Shown one piece after another: positions 36,106-45,643 of a DNA stretch of 64,000 nucleotides. The stretch is from Desulfovibrio sp. (lineage in GTDB: Bacteria > Desulfobacterota > Desulfovibrionia > Desulfovibrionales > Desulfovibrionaceae): NCBI GenBank assembly GCA_017454855.1, contig JAFTCE010000028.1, positions 23,575 to 87,574 on the forward strand, in the 5' to 3' direction. The notes under the pieces were generated by a model. The model was not told the DNA's origin. It saw nothing but the letters and a program-made list of their open reading frames with translations, and made no database searches. A program made the position numbers and the translations under genes. The first letter of the stretch is position 1. Each line of letters begins with the position of its first letter.

Positions 36106-36155
36106 ACGGCAAGGTCTGCAGACGACGTTTCAGCGTTTTCTGCAGACCTTGCCGT
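36106..36155. terminator. Perfect 17-bp inverted repeat downstream of the 86-aa gene
   Basis: ACGGCAAGGTCTGCAGA-16 nt-TCTGCAGACCTTGCCGT. Confidence 0.6.
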
Positions 36156-36190
36156 AAAGACGTGTTTCACCTGCCCTACGCAGGCGTGTT

Positions 36191-36451
36191 CTACAGGCTC
36201 AATAATTCGGCCACACGGCTTGCTGTGAGACCGCTATGCACGGAAAGAGCGGCCATGTTGTCCTGGGCAATCATACCCATGGTTGTCTCTAGCAGGGCCT
36301 CTGCCTCCGCGTCATCCATGTCCATCATGCGCAGAGACTGGATATTGACCATATCGTGTGCTGCTGCGCCGGGGGTAGCCATTGCCTCCCTGTCCGCGTC
36401 CACAAGAGGAAATGAAAACAATTCAGAGGGGGTGAAACCGGTAATCTTCAT
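36191..36451 (-). CDS. Small acidic hypothetical protein (86 aa)
   Basis: AAGGA RBS before the ATG and an upstream sigma54-like promoter. No family recognised. Confidence 0.65.
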   Translation of the reverse strand: MKITGFTPSELFSFPLVDADREAMATPGAAAHDMVNIQSLRMMDMDDAEAEALLETTMGMIAQDNMAALSVHSGLTASRVAELLSL

Positions 36452-36523
36452 GGCAGTATCCTTTTAGGCTGCGCCCGAAGGCTTGATGTCAAAAGTGCCG
36501 CTCCTTGACGGTCACTGAATATC

Positions 36524-36541
36524 TTGCAGGAATCATGCCAA
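36524..36541 (-). promoter_or_regulatory. sigma54 (-24/-12) promoter
   Basis: Minus strand TTGGCATGATTCCTGCAA matches TGGCACG-N4-TTGC spacing, about 75 nt upstream of ATG 36451. Confidence 0.65.
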
Positions 36542-36626
36542 AAAAATTCTGTCTCTGCCAGCCCCCTGCCAAGCCCTGTCATCCCTGGCTGCGCGCAGGC
36601 CCTGGCATAGGTATGTTGTCAACGAA

Positions 36627-36655
36627 TTGACTGCGGAATGTTTTTTCAACATACT
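36627..36655 (+). promoter_or_regulatory. sigma70-type promoter of the R-M cassette
   Basis: TTGACT-17 nt-CATACT. Confidence 0.55.
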
Positions 36656-36756
36656 ATCTTGCCACTTAAAAGGCGTGAACAGAGTTCAGAGCGTATCCAG
36701 GCTTGTGAAATCAGCCTATATCCGCTATCAACAGATAAAAAAAGGCGTTCCACGGT

Positions 36757-37542
36757 ATGAGCAAGGATACGATCGTATTTGATGTTTTTGAACAGTGCGT
36801 ACGGGCGGTTCAGAACGGTGAATTGATTGAATCCGTCTCGGTAAAAGATAAAGAATTTCATTTCCAAAACTGGTTTGAACATCGCCTCCAGAGGCTTTCA
36901 GTGCATTTTGAAGGTTCTGGACGCAATACCTATCCGGATTTCTGTCTCGTCGAATATGCCGAAGGCTACGAAGTCAAGGGACTGGCATGGCATGGAAGGG
37001 AGCGGGACTATGATTCGAACAGCCAAGTACCGACAGGATATCACAACGGTCGACAAATTTTCTATGTCTTCGGGCGTTATCCGGCGGACTTGTCTGAATA
37101 TGCCGACCAAGGTAACGGTCACAAACAGTATCCCGTTGTTGACCTTGTCATTTGCCACGGCGATTTCCTGAACGTCGACCACAACTATGTCCATAAAAAC
37201 AAAAGCCTGAAGGGTTTCGGCTCATATGGCGACATTATGATTCGCGACAGAAAAATGTACGTTGCACCGACGCCTTTTGCACTGACTGAAGGCATCACTG
37301 GTTTAATGACTCTGATTTTGCCCGAGGACTTCGGTACCGATGAACGCTATCAAAAAGTCGGCAAACTCGTCCGTTTGGAAGCAGAAACGTTGGTCGTCGG
37401 CTACAAATTTGACTTCAATATAAACGAAATACGCGCAGAGCGCATTCCCAATCCTACGGCAGGAATGCAGCACCGATTCGTCGCCTACCGACTCAAAGAT
37501 CAATCACCCAAGATGGTCTCAATGTTTGTCCGACCGGCATAA
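36757..37542 (+). CDS. Putative PD-(D/E)xK restriction endonuclease
   Basis: YPDF...GYEVK motif, directly upstream of a DNA amino-methyltransferase in a lower-GC segment. Confidence 0.6.
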   Translation: MSKDTIVFDVFEQCVRAVQNGELIESVSVKDKEFHFQNWFEHRLQRLSVHFEGSGRNTYPDFCLVEYAEGYEVKGLAWHGRERDYDSNSQVPTGYHNGRQIFYVFGRYPADLSEYADQGNGHKQYPVVDLVICHGDFLNVDHNYVHKNKSLKGFGSYGDIMIRDRKMYVAPTPFALTEGITGLMTLILPEDFGTDERYQKVGKLVRLEAETLVVGYKFDFNINEIRAERIPNPTAGMQHRFVAYRLKDQSPKMVSMFVRPA

Positions 37543-37553
37543 GGAAACAAAAA

Positions 37554-39665
37554 ATGAGTATGGTTTTTGACGAATCACGTTTTACTCCGACGACGGCACT
37601 CGAATGTGATTTCCCTATGGCTGAAATTAGCCAGATTGCCGAACAGGAAAGCTGGCGCAAGGAAATAAATCGTCCTATCTATCATATACACAAATGGTGG
37701 GCAACACGACTGGGGTCTGTATTCCGCAGCATCACGCTCGGAGCCTTGTGCAATCCCCAAACGGACATTCGAACTGAATTCTACAAAACGCACGATTTTG
37801 CAGACAAAGTCGTCCTTGACCCCTTCATGGGCAGCGGAACCACGCTCGGAGAGGCCGTCAAGCTCGGTGCTAAGGCTATAGGCTGCGACATCAACCCAAT
37901 AAGCACCTTCATTGTCCGGCAGGCATTCACGCCAGTCTCTGAAATGGCTCTTCGCGCTGCCTTCTCACAGCTAGAATATGTCATAGCGCCCAAAATCCGA
38001 TACTATTATCAAACTCACGACCCCAAAACTAAAAAACTCATCCCGGTGTTGTATTATTTCTGGGTTAAGACTGTCACAACACCGAAAAATGAAATACTGC
38101 CTCTGTTGTCCCGTTATGTCTTCGCCCAAGACGCATACCCGAAAAAGAAACCGCAGGCACATATTATCTGCCCCAGTTGCTGGAATATACTAGAAGGCCG
38201 CTATGACACAACTGATATGCTCTGTCAGCACTGTGGGTATCGTTTCAATCCGCAAAAAGGTCCTGCCTCCGGCCAGTATGTTACAACGACAGACGGACAA
38301 CGCTACCGAATCAGAGATCTTCTGCCAAAAGACGGAACTCCACCCAAGCACCGGATGTATGCTATGATGGTTTTATGCCCCAACGGCGAAAAAAACTATC
38401 TGCCGATAGGTGCCGAAGACCTAGCCCTCTACGAAGAAGCTCGAAGGACTCTTGCAAACGAAAATCTGCCATTGCCGGAGATTCCTGTCCGTCCAGGCCA
38501 CAATACTGACCAAGCCCTGAAATACAATTACACTCACTGGCGCGACTTCTTCAATGACCGCCAACTCCTGTGTCTAGGTCTTCTATTGAATGAAATTTTG
38601 AACATCAAAGACCAAAATATTCAAGAGCAGATGCTGTGCCTGTTCTCCAGCACCCTGGAGTTCAATAATTTGTTCTGTTCATTCAAAGGAGAAGGAACCG
38701 GTGCCGTTCGCCACATGTTCTCCAATCATATTCTGAAGCCGGAGCGCACCCCACTGGAAAACTCGGTGTGGGGGACGGACAAAAGTAGCGGTACCTTCAG
38801 CACGCTCTTCGAAACCCGCTTGCTGCCGGCAAAACGCTACCTTGATAGGCCGTTTGAAATCGGATTTAACCGTGACTTATTCGGCAACCGCAGTAAGGCG
38901 TGCAAAACAATAGCAAGCCGTCCAATTAGGGTTCGCAACGTTACAACGTGGCCTGAACTTACGACAACGAAGCACGGTATGCTCATCCTCAACGGCGACA
39001 GTTCCAGATTGCCGCTGCCTGCCGACTCGGTAGATGCTGTTATCACAGACCCGCCGTATTTCGATTTTGTTCATTATTCCGAATTAAGCGACTTTTTCTT
39101 TGCTTGGCTTTCCCCAGCACTACGCAGCCGTTATCAATGGATGGCACGTGAGAACTCGTCCGCTAAAGGTGAAGTTCAAAACACGGATTCTCGAGCGTTC
39201 GCCCGTCAGCTTTCTGCTGTTTTTACTGAAGCTTGCCGGGTTCTCAAAGATGAGGGCATACTAGCATTCAGTTTTCATCATTCACGAGCAGAAGGATGGG
39301 CAGCCATTTATGAGGCGATTAACACAGCCGGACTTGCAGTTGTCGCAGCCCATCCCGTCCATGCAGAATTACGCGTCGCAAGTCCAAAATCAACAGCAAA
39401 AGACCCAATCAGCCTCGACGCAATCCTTGTTTGCCGTAAGAAAGCGTGTACTCTACAGCACACCTCAATTCACGATATTCGTAAGACAGTCGATACTTTT
39501 ACGTCAAAACTGCAGAGCGCAGGCATGCATATTTCCGCAGCAGACCGTTTCGTTATTGGAGCGGCACAGGCTATGATTGCCAAAGCTGCTGATAATCTAA
39601 GTTTTGAGGACATGACGTTGTACCTTAAAAAAATTCATGACGCACTGACAAGTCATAAGAACTAG
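37554..39665 (+). CDS. DNA amino-methyltransferase with Zn ribbon (DUF1156/COG1743-like)
   Basis: HIHKWWATR, motif I DPFMGSGTT, CPSC...CQHC, motif IV TDPPY (motif I before IV, alpha order). Confidence 0.85.
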   Translation: MSMVFDESRFTPTTALECDFPMAEISQIAEQESWRKEINRPIYHIHKWWATRLGSVFRSITLGALCNPQTDIRTEFYKTHDFADKVVLDPFMGSGTTLGEAVKLGAKAIGCDINPISTFIVRQAFTPVSEMALRAAFSQLEYVIAPKIRYYYQTHDPKTKKLIPVLYYFWVKTVTTPKNEILPLLSRYVFAQDAYPKKKPQAHIICPSCWNILEGRYDTTDMLCQHCGYRFNPQKGPASGQYVTTTDGQRYRIRDLLPKDGTPPKHRMYAMMVLCPNGEKNYLPIGAEDLALYEEARRTLANENLPLPEIPVRPGHNTDQALKYNYTHWRDFFNDRQLLCLGLLLNEILNIKDQNIQEQMLCLFSSTLEFNNLFCSFKGEGTGAVRHMFSNHILKPERTPLENSVWGTDKSSGTFSTLFETRLLPAKRYLDRPFEIGFNRDLFGNRSKACKTIASRPIRVRNVTTWPELTTTKHGMLILNGDSSRLPLPADSVDAVITDPPYFDFVHYSELSDFFFAWLSPALRSRYQWMARENSSAKGEVQNTDSRAFARQLSAVFTEACRVLKDEGILAFSFHHSRAEGWAAIYEAINTAGLAVVAAHPVHAELRVASPKSTAKDPISLDAILVCRKKACTLQHTSIHDIRKTVDTFTSKLQSAGMHISAADRFVIGAAQAMIAKAADNLSFEDMTLYLKKIHDALTSHKN

Positions 39666-39744
39666 CATAACCAATTGAACTTGAAATGTCAGTTGGCTTT
39701 GCAACGATTTGCGATCTTCATGCCCCGCAGTGCGCATTTCTCCT

Positions 39745-40950
39745 TTATACCCGTCCCACATCGGACTCCCTTAGGCAGCGCGTCAGTACAACCAGCAAGG
39801 ACACGATCTGGACGGCAAACATGCAGGCAAGGCAGGCCAGCCAGCCTTCGCGGGCATAAAGGACACCAGGCAGCCAGGAACCAAGTGTGCCGCCAAAGTA
39901 ATAGCAGGAAAGGAAGAGTCCGTTGACCATGCCCCGGTCACAGTGACCCGACTTCGTTGCCAGGTAGTTGATCAACCCGGGAGCCAGGGCATGGACGATA
40001 AATTCTCCCAGCGCGATGAACCACAAGCCAACGAAAATGGCCCAAACGGAAGGCGGTACAAGCGTACTCAAAGAAAAGGCATACAACGCTGCCCCTAAGG
40101 CGAGCAACCTGCCTGTGGAGCCAAGTAGGCGCTTCAAGGGATTGAGCGCCAGAGATGCCACCAGGCCCACCGAATACCCGAGATACATGAAGCCAATGAG
40201 ACCTTCGGCATGGCCCTGCCCCAGCTCCGCCATGCGCAGGGGGACAAGATTTCCGATGGCTGCAAAACTGAATATGCCGCAGGCCTCCACAAAGAGTAAG
40301 GGGGCGACCCCCCTTTGCTGCAAGACAGACAGATACTCACGCAACGTGTGCGTCCTGGCAGATCCGACTGCTTTTTTCGGAATCCCACGGGCCAAGGCGA
40401 GGCTGAAGAGAAAGAGGACAGAAATTGCCGCCAAGGCCGTGCGCCAACCACAGATTTCAGCGAGGTAGCCGCCACCAAGTCGCCCCGAGAGCGATCCCAC
40501 CAGCGAAGCCGTCACATACCCAGCCAAAGCCCTGCCCATGTCCAGATGTCTGAACATGCCGGCAATACAGGCCATGACGCTGGTGAGCAGGACAGGCGTA
40601 AGCATGCTCTGAACTACGCGCACTGCGAGAAGCCAGGCAAATGCGTCGGCGCAATAAATGCCCACACCGCTGAATCCAAGGATGGCAGAAGATACGAAGA
40701 CCGCCCGTCTGACACCACAGCGCGTCAGCAGCAAACCCACACAAAGTGGCGAGATGCTTAGGGAAAACATGAACACACTGACGAGAAGCCCAATCTCGCC
40801 ACGATCAACCGAAAACTCTGCGCCAATACTGTTGAACATGGGTTGCGGCGCGTACATCAACGCATAGGAACACGACGTGAGCAAAAGAAGGCAGACGTAG
40901 GTTCTCAGTGCTGCGTCTTTATGAACGTGGGGATGCGATGCTGTATTCAT
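39745..40950 (-). CDS. MFS transporter (YnfM-like)
   Basis: 12 hydrophobic segments, YAPQP, GSLSGRLGGG, LSCYYFGGTLGSWLPG. Confidence 0.88.
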   Translation of the reverse strand: MNTASHPHVHKDAALRTYVCLLLLTSCSYALMYAPQPMFNSIGAEFSVDRGEIGLLVSVFMFSLSISPLCVGLLLTRCGVRRAVFVSSAILGFSGVGIYCADAFAWLLAVRVVQSMLTPVLLTSVMACIAGMFRHLDMGRALAGYVTASLVGSLSGRLGGGYLAEICGWRTALAAISVLFLFSLALARGIPKKAVGSARTHTLREYLSVLQQRGVAPLLFVEACGIFSFAAIGNLVPLRMAELGQGHAEGLIGFMYLGYSVGLVASLALNPLKRLLGSTGRLLALGAALYAFSLSTLVPPSVWAIFVGLWFIALGEFIVHALAPGLINYLATKSGHCDRGMVNGLFLSCYYFGGTLGSWLPGVLYAREGWLACLACMFAVQIVSLLVVLTRCLRESDVGRV

Positions 40951-41058
40951 GGCCGATAGATACGCCGTGGCTTTTGACTTGGCAAGTGTTGCATCGTTCA
41001 GACATGCCTGACATCTCTCAGCCCATCCCCCTCTTTGCCTAAAGAAGTCTATGCCCCT

Positions 41059-41523
41059 TTATAGCATGTGAATAACATAGGTGACGACGCCCCAGATATG
41101 GCTGTGTTCACGCTGAGTGATATCGATCTCTGGGAAATCTGGATTTTCGGGCATGAGCAGTACTTTGTCCTTTTTGCGCGCAAGGCGTTTTACCGTCAAC
41201 TCCCCATCAAGGGCGACAATGACTATCCTGTTGTGTTCGGCGGGCGCTGCCCGATCAACGACCAGCAGATCTCCATCATGTATGCCCGAGTTGCTCATTG
41301 CGAAACCATGCACTCGTAAAAAAAACGTCGAAGGCGCATGCTTGACCAGATGCGCATGCAGATTCAATCGCGTTTCCACGTCGTCTTCTGAAGGTGATGG
41401 AAATCCAGCTTCTACCGGGGTAGAATAGAGGGGAAGGCTCAACGGCGCATTGTCCGCACACGCAGCTCTCCCAAGAATTTCCACTTGTACTCTTGGTTCT
41501 GATTTTTGAAATTCATGTCGCAT
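41059..41523 (-). CDS. umuD: UmuD-like S24 peptidase-fold protein, catalytic Ser absent
   Basis: AGFPSP cleavage region, TFFLRV, GDLLVVDR, ELTVKRL, LMPENPDF, IWGVV. Start 41523 or 41535. Confidence 0.82.
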   Translation of the reverse strand: MRHEFQKSEPRVQVEILGRAACADNAPLSLPLYSTPVEAGFPSPSEDDVETRLNLHAHLVKHAPSTFFLRVHGFAMSNSGIHDGDLLVVDRAAPAEHNRIVIVALDGELTVKRLARKKDKVLLMPENPDFPEIDITQREHSHIWGVVTYVIHML

Positions 41524-41913
41524 GTCATGCCTCATGTACTTGGCACAATCGATTACCATGGGAGGATTCCCATCTGTGACGCCGCAGCGCCTTCGGCAGA
41601 ATGTAGCGCATTTTCCCATGATTCTGAAGCATTTTACTTCAGCTACGTCTATTTTTTATTCAAATTTTTTTTGGCAGTCATGGCAAAATCCATCCATTCT
41701 TGCCCCTTGTTTTTTTCTGAAAGTCACGTTATCGGAACATTGACACGAGTCGTCCTGCTTCCTTGGAATACGCTTTCTGTGCTGAAGTGCCTCGTTCCAG
41801 GCATTGGCACACCTCTCATCCACGACGCACGATCCACCTGGCAATGCACCAATTTTCCGCCCGTGAAATGCAAAAGCAGTATGCTTTTGCCGTTTCCACA
41901 CGGGAAAAGCTCC

Positions 41914-41942
41914 TTGACGATGGGGACAGGTTGCGATAGTTT
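41914..41942 (+). promoter_or_regulatory. sigma70-type promoter of the nhc operon
   Basis: TTGACG-17 nt-TAGTTT, about 105 nt upstream of ATG 42048. Confidence 0.5.
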
Positions 41943-42047
41943 TCTGTAACTAAGTATTCGATATTTGGTATGGTATCGGAGGTAGTCAACTGTCAAAATG
42001 ACGATAGTTGACATTGGGGTAATGTCTGATTGCAAAAGGACAAACAC

Positions 42048-43019
42048 ATGAGGAACGGCACTGTACTGCTTCTGCTGGCGGCATTGGTCCTGGCGGGTGC
42101 GGCGTGTCTGACGGCGCCCGGAACTGGTTCGGCCTCGGCCGCGACCGTGGCGTCCACAGATAGCGGCGCACCGTCGGCCATTGTCATGTTTCCGGTAAGC
42201 GCCAAACCCAATCCAAAGGGCTCGGCCATGACCCCTACGGTCTTCAACCACTTGAACCACGAAAAAGCAATCGAAAAATGTGAGACGTGCCATCATACGG
42301 GGGATCCCGTCGCATGTGGCACATGTCACACGGTCGAGGGCAAGGCAGAAGGGAAGTTTGTGACCTTGGAGCGTGCCATGCATGCTACGGATATTCACAA
42401 ACGTACAGATCAGAATACCCCAAGCAGTTGTGTGAGCTGTCATGCCAAGCAGACCCGTGAACGTCAGGAATGCGCAGGCTGTCATGCAATCCTCACGCCA
42501 CGGCATGATGCCGCATGGTGTGCGACATGTCACAACGCCAAGGGTTCCATGACGCATCAGCAATTACGGGCAGGCATTGAAGGCACACTGCCTCTCGAAG
42601 AGAATGAAGCCATTGCTGCGAAAGCCGAACAAGCCCAAAAGCCAAACCGTCTGCTCACGCCCATGCATGGCCCGTACAAAGTTTCCATCGATGCCTTGTC
42701 TGAAAAATATCTGCCTAGCAATTTTACGCATCGACGCCACGTCTCTTCCCTGATGGAGCGCATCCGCAACGACAAGCTGGCGCGGGCTTTTCATAACAGC
42801 CCCGCTGTATTATGTTCCACATGCCACCATCGGAGTCCACTCTCGGCCAAGCCGCCCAAATGCGGAAGCTGCCATACAAAAGAAATTGACCGCATGCATC
42901 CTAACAGACCCAATCTCAAGGCGGCTTATCATTTGCAATGCATGGGCTGCCACAAGGGCATGAACGTTAGTCGGCCCAAGGATACCGACTGCACCACCTG
43001 CCATAAGGCTCGCCCCTAG
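42048..43019 (+). CDS. nhcA: Nine-haem cytochrome c
   Basis: Sec signal plus exactly nine CxxCH motifs. N-terminus (DSGAPSAIVMFPV..KPNPKG) as in the D. desulfuricans nine-haem cytochrome. Confidence 0.92.
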   Translation: MRNGTVLLLLAALVLAGAACLTAPGTGSASAATVASTDSGAPSAIVMFPVSAKPNPKGSAMTPTVFNHLNHEKAIEKCETCHHTGDPVACGTCHTVEGKAEGKFVTLERAMHATDIHKRTDQNTPSSCVSCHAKQTRERQECAGCHAILTPRHDAAWCATCHNAKGSMTHQQLRAGIEGTLPLEENEAIAAKAEQAQKPNRLLTPMHGPYKVSIDALSEKYLPSNFTHRRHVSSLMERIRNDKLARAFHNSPAVLCSTCHHRSPLSAKPPKCGSCHTKEIDRMHPNRPNLKAAYHLQCMGCHKGMNVSRPKDTDCTTCHKARP

Positions 43020-43046
43020 CGCGCCGAACTGCACGGAGAAACGCAT

Positions 43047-44165
43047 ATGAATCGCAGAAAATTCCTGACCTTTATGGGAAGCGCGGGCGTGATTTCGGCA
43101 CTGGGCACTGCCAAGGTAGCCAAGGCTGGAGTTCACACCTTCCCTTACTATCCAGACAGCTATGGTGTCCTGCATGACACGACGCGCTGCATAGGATGCC
43201 GCCGCTGTGAAGAGGCATGCAATATCGTCAACAAATTGCCAAAACCCAAAAAGCCTTTTACTGACACTACGGTAACAGGGACAAAACGGCGAACGTCAGC
43301 CTATGCCTGGACCGTTGTCAACAAATACAACGTCAACGGCAAGGATTTTTTCCGCAAGCTGCAGTGTTTTCACTGCAACGATCCGGCCTGTGCGTCAGCC
43401 TGTTTTGCCAAGTGCTTCCAAAAACAGCCGGACGGCAGTGTGACCTATGACGGCTCCCAATGCGTGGGCTGTCGATACTGCATGATAGCCTGCCCATTTT
43501 ATGTGCCCGGCTTCCAGTATGACGAAGCTTTTGATCCTTTGGTGCAAAAATGCACCTTCTGCGAACCCCGTCTCAAGGAAGGCAAACTGCCCGGTTGCGT
43601 AGAAGCCTGCCCCATGGATGCCCTTACTTTTGGGCGTCGCAGTGATTTGCTCAATGTCGCAAGGGCGCGCATTGCCGAGAATCCTGGGAAATATGTCAAC
43701 TATATCTATGGCGAGCATGATGCCGGGGGCACTGCCTGGATGGTACTCGCGCCTGCTGTTTCGCCTGCTTCACAGGAGCAGGACTCGAAAGCATCCGAAG
43801 AAAAAACAGCAAACCACGAGGATGAATTCAAGCAACTGGGTCTCGACAGACATTTGGGCACACAGCCCATGGGAGAACTCACCTATGGTGCCTTGGGTGC
43901 GGTTCCCATGATTGTTGCGTTCTGGCCCGTACTCTTCGGTGGCGCCTATGCCATTTCAAAACGCCGGGAAGCACGCTACAAGGCGGAGAAAGAAGCCCAC
44001 ATAGAGGCAACCAAGAATGATTTGGCTGCTGCTGTTGATGCGGCTGTCCGCAAGATTGAAGAAACGCAGGGGCCAGGCGCCGCCGATACGGCCCGCAGGG
44101 CCATGGCCGAAGCGTTGAAATCCAGAGAAGCCGCCTCCGCTGCGGAGAACGGGGAGGATAAGTAA
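43047..44165 (+). CDS. nhcB: HmcB-like periplasm-facing 4Fe-4S protein
   Basis: Tat signal (MNRRKFL), four ferredoxin Cys clusters, C-terminal TM anchor. Confidence 0.88.
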   Translation: MNRRKFLTFMGSAGVISALGTAKVAKAGVHTFPYYPDSYGVLHDTTRCIGCRRCEEACNIVNKLPKPKKPFTDTTVTGTKRRTSAYAWTVVNKYNVNGKDFFRKLQCFHCNDPACASACFAKCFQKQPDGSVTYDGSQCVGCRYCMIACPFYVPGFQYDEAFDPLVQKCTFCEPRLKEGKLPGCVEACPMDALTFGRRSDLLNVARARIAENPGKYVNYIYGEHDAGGTAWMVLAPAVSPASQEQDSKASEEKTANHEDEFKQLGLDRHLGTQPMGELTYGALGAVPMIVAFWPVLFGGAYAISKRREARYKAEKEAHIEATKNDLAAAVDAAVRKIEETQGPGAADTARRAMAEALKSREAASAAENGEDK

Positions 44166-45380
44166 ATGGCAGAGCACGGCATTGTCATACCCACTAGGGA
44201 AAAATTGTTTAATATCAATGAATTTTTTACACCCACACCAGGGAATATCATTTCCGGTATCATCTTGGCCATTGGTCTGGTGATCACCATTATCCGTTTT
44301 ACATGTGGCATTGGTTCCGTCGCCAACCTTGACGACAATCAACCTTGGGGGCTTTGGATCGGCTTTGACCTCTTGTGCGGCGTGTGTCTTGCTGCTGGCG
44401 GATACTTCACCACAGTGGCATGTTACATCATGGGGCAGAAGCATTTTCACTCGGCTTGCCGTCCCGCAGTACTGACGGCCTTCCTGGGCTATGCTTTTGT
44501 GGTCGTCGCCCTGCTCTACGACCTGGGCCATCCCCTGCGCTTGCCATTCATGTTCTTTTTCCCAGGTACAACGTCGGTACTCTTTGAAGTGGGCCTTTGT
44601 GTGGCCACATACCTTACAGTACTCTTTATTGAGTTTTCCATTGCGCCCATTGAGTGGCTTTCCTGCCGCTTCCCCTGGCTCATCAAATGGCGCAAGGTTC
44701 TTGTGATGTGTACAATTCCGCTGACGATTTTCGGTGTGACCTTGTCCACTTTGCATCAATCTTCCCTTGGTTCGCTCTACCTTATTGCCCCTGGCAAGCT
44801 GCATCCCCTGTGGTATTCCCCCTTTATCCCCATGTTTTTCTTTGTGAGTTCCATGGTAGCCGGTGCCTCCATGGTTATCTTTGAAGGCATGCTGGCGCAC
44901 AAGGGCGTCCACCATTACATGGATAAAACGCACTTACGTGAGGCAGACGAGGTCTCCTTTGCCTTTGCCCGTGCGGCCTCCTTCATCCTCTTTGCCTACT
45001 TCATGCTCAAACTCATTGACATGCTTGTGCAGGCAAATCTGCCATATGTATTTACTGGCTATGGAGCCTGGTGGCTGGTAGAAATGTTTGGCTTCGTACT
45101 CCTGCCGGCGCTGCTGTACGCCAAGGGCGCACGTGATCGTAGCCTGACTTTCTGCAGACTCGGCGCTGTCAACGCTGTAGCTGGTATTGTGCTGAATCGC
45201 TTCAATGTCTCCATGGTGGCCTTCAACTACACCTTACCAGAGGCAGAACGCTACTTCCCAAGCATATGGGAAATCTGCATATCCATGTTCGTGGTGACCA
45301 TGATAATCACTGCATATCGCTTTATCGTTTATCATATGCCGATTTTGTATGAACATCCCAATTTCCGGGATGGTCATTAG
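44166..45380 (+). CDS. nhcC: HmcC-like NrfD-family membrane subunit
   Basis: PWGLWIGFD, DLGHP, TLSTLHQSSLGSL, about 10 TM segments. Confidence 0.88.
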   Translation: MAEHGIVIPTREKLFNINEFFTPTPGNIISGIILAIGLVITIIRFTCGIGSVANLDDNQPWGLWIGFDLLCGVCLAAGGYFTTVACYIMGQKHFHSACRPAVLTAFLGYAFVVVALLYDLGHPLRLPFMFFFPGTTSVLFEVGLCVATYLTVLFIEFSIAPIEWLSCRFPWLIKWRKVLVMCTIPLTIFGVTLSTLHQSSLGSLYLIAPGKLHPLWYSPFIPMFFFVSSMVAGASMVIFEGMLAHKGVHHYMDKTHLREADEVSFAFARAASFILFAYFMLKLIDMLVQANLPYVFTGYGAWWLVEMFGFVLLPALLYAKGARDRSLTFCRLGAVNAVAGIVLNRFNVSMVAFNYTLPEAERYFPSIWEICISMFVVTMIITAYRFIVYHMPILYEHPNFRDGH

Positions 45381-45406
45381 GCCCCTGCACCGAAAAGGAG
45401 TACGAC

Positions 45407-45544
45407 ATGGAATTTGATACGTTTTATCAGTATTTCCTTTACACTAAGAACTGGGCATACGTGATGATGTTCATCGTATTGCCAGTCTATGTATTGTACT
45501 GGAATTTTGTGCTCTATCCAGAAAAGAAAAACAACAAACACTAG
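45407..45544 (+). CDS. nhcD: HmcD-like 45-aa membrane peptide (not in the ORF track)
   Basis: AAGGAG RBS, then MEFDTFYQYFLYTKNWAYVMMFIVLPVYVLYWNFVLYPEKKNNKH, ending just before the terminator. Confidence 0.8.
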   Translation: MEFDTFYQYFLYTKNWAYVMMFIVLPVYVLYWNFVLYPEKKNNKH

Positions 45545-45546
45545 CA

Positions 45547-45580
45547 AAAAGGGCGGTAACCTTAGGGTTACCGCCCTTTT
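45547..45580. terminator. Bidirectional rho-independent terminator (nhc / hypB)
   Basis: AAAAGGGCGGTAACC-TTAG-GGTTACCGCCCTTTT perfect stem with A/T tails. Confidence 0.9.
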
Positions 45581-45643
45581 ACTGGAAGCATTTACAGCAT
45601 AAGGGCTGCGCCTGCCTCGTCTGAACAACTATCGATTCGTTAT

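Noticed and set aside
36191-36451. Acyl carrier protein call for the small acidic ORF next to the alpha-oxoamine synthase
   Set aside because: No D-S-L phosphopantetheine motif (only QSL) and the helix pattern is not convincing.
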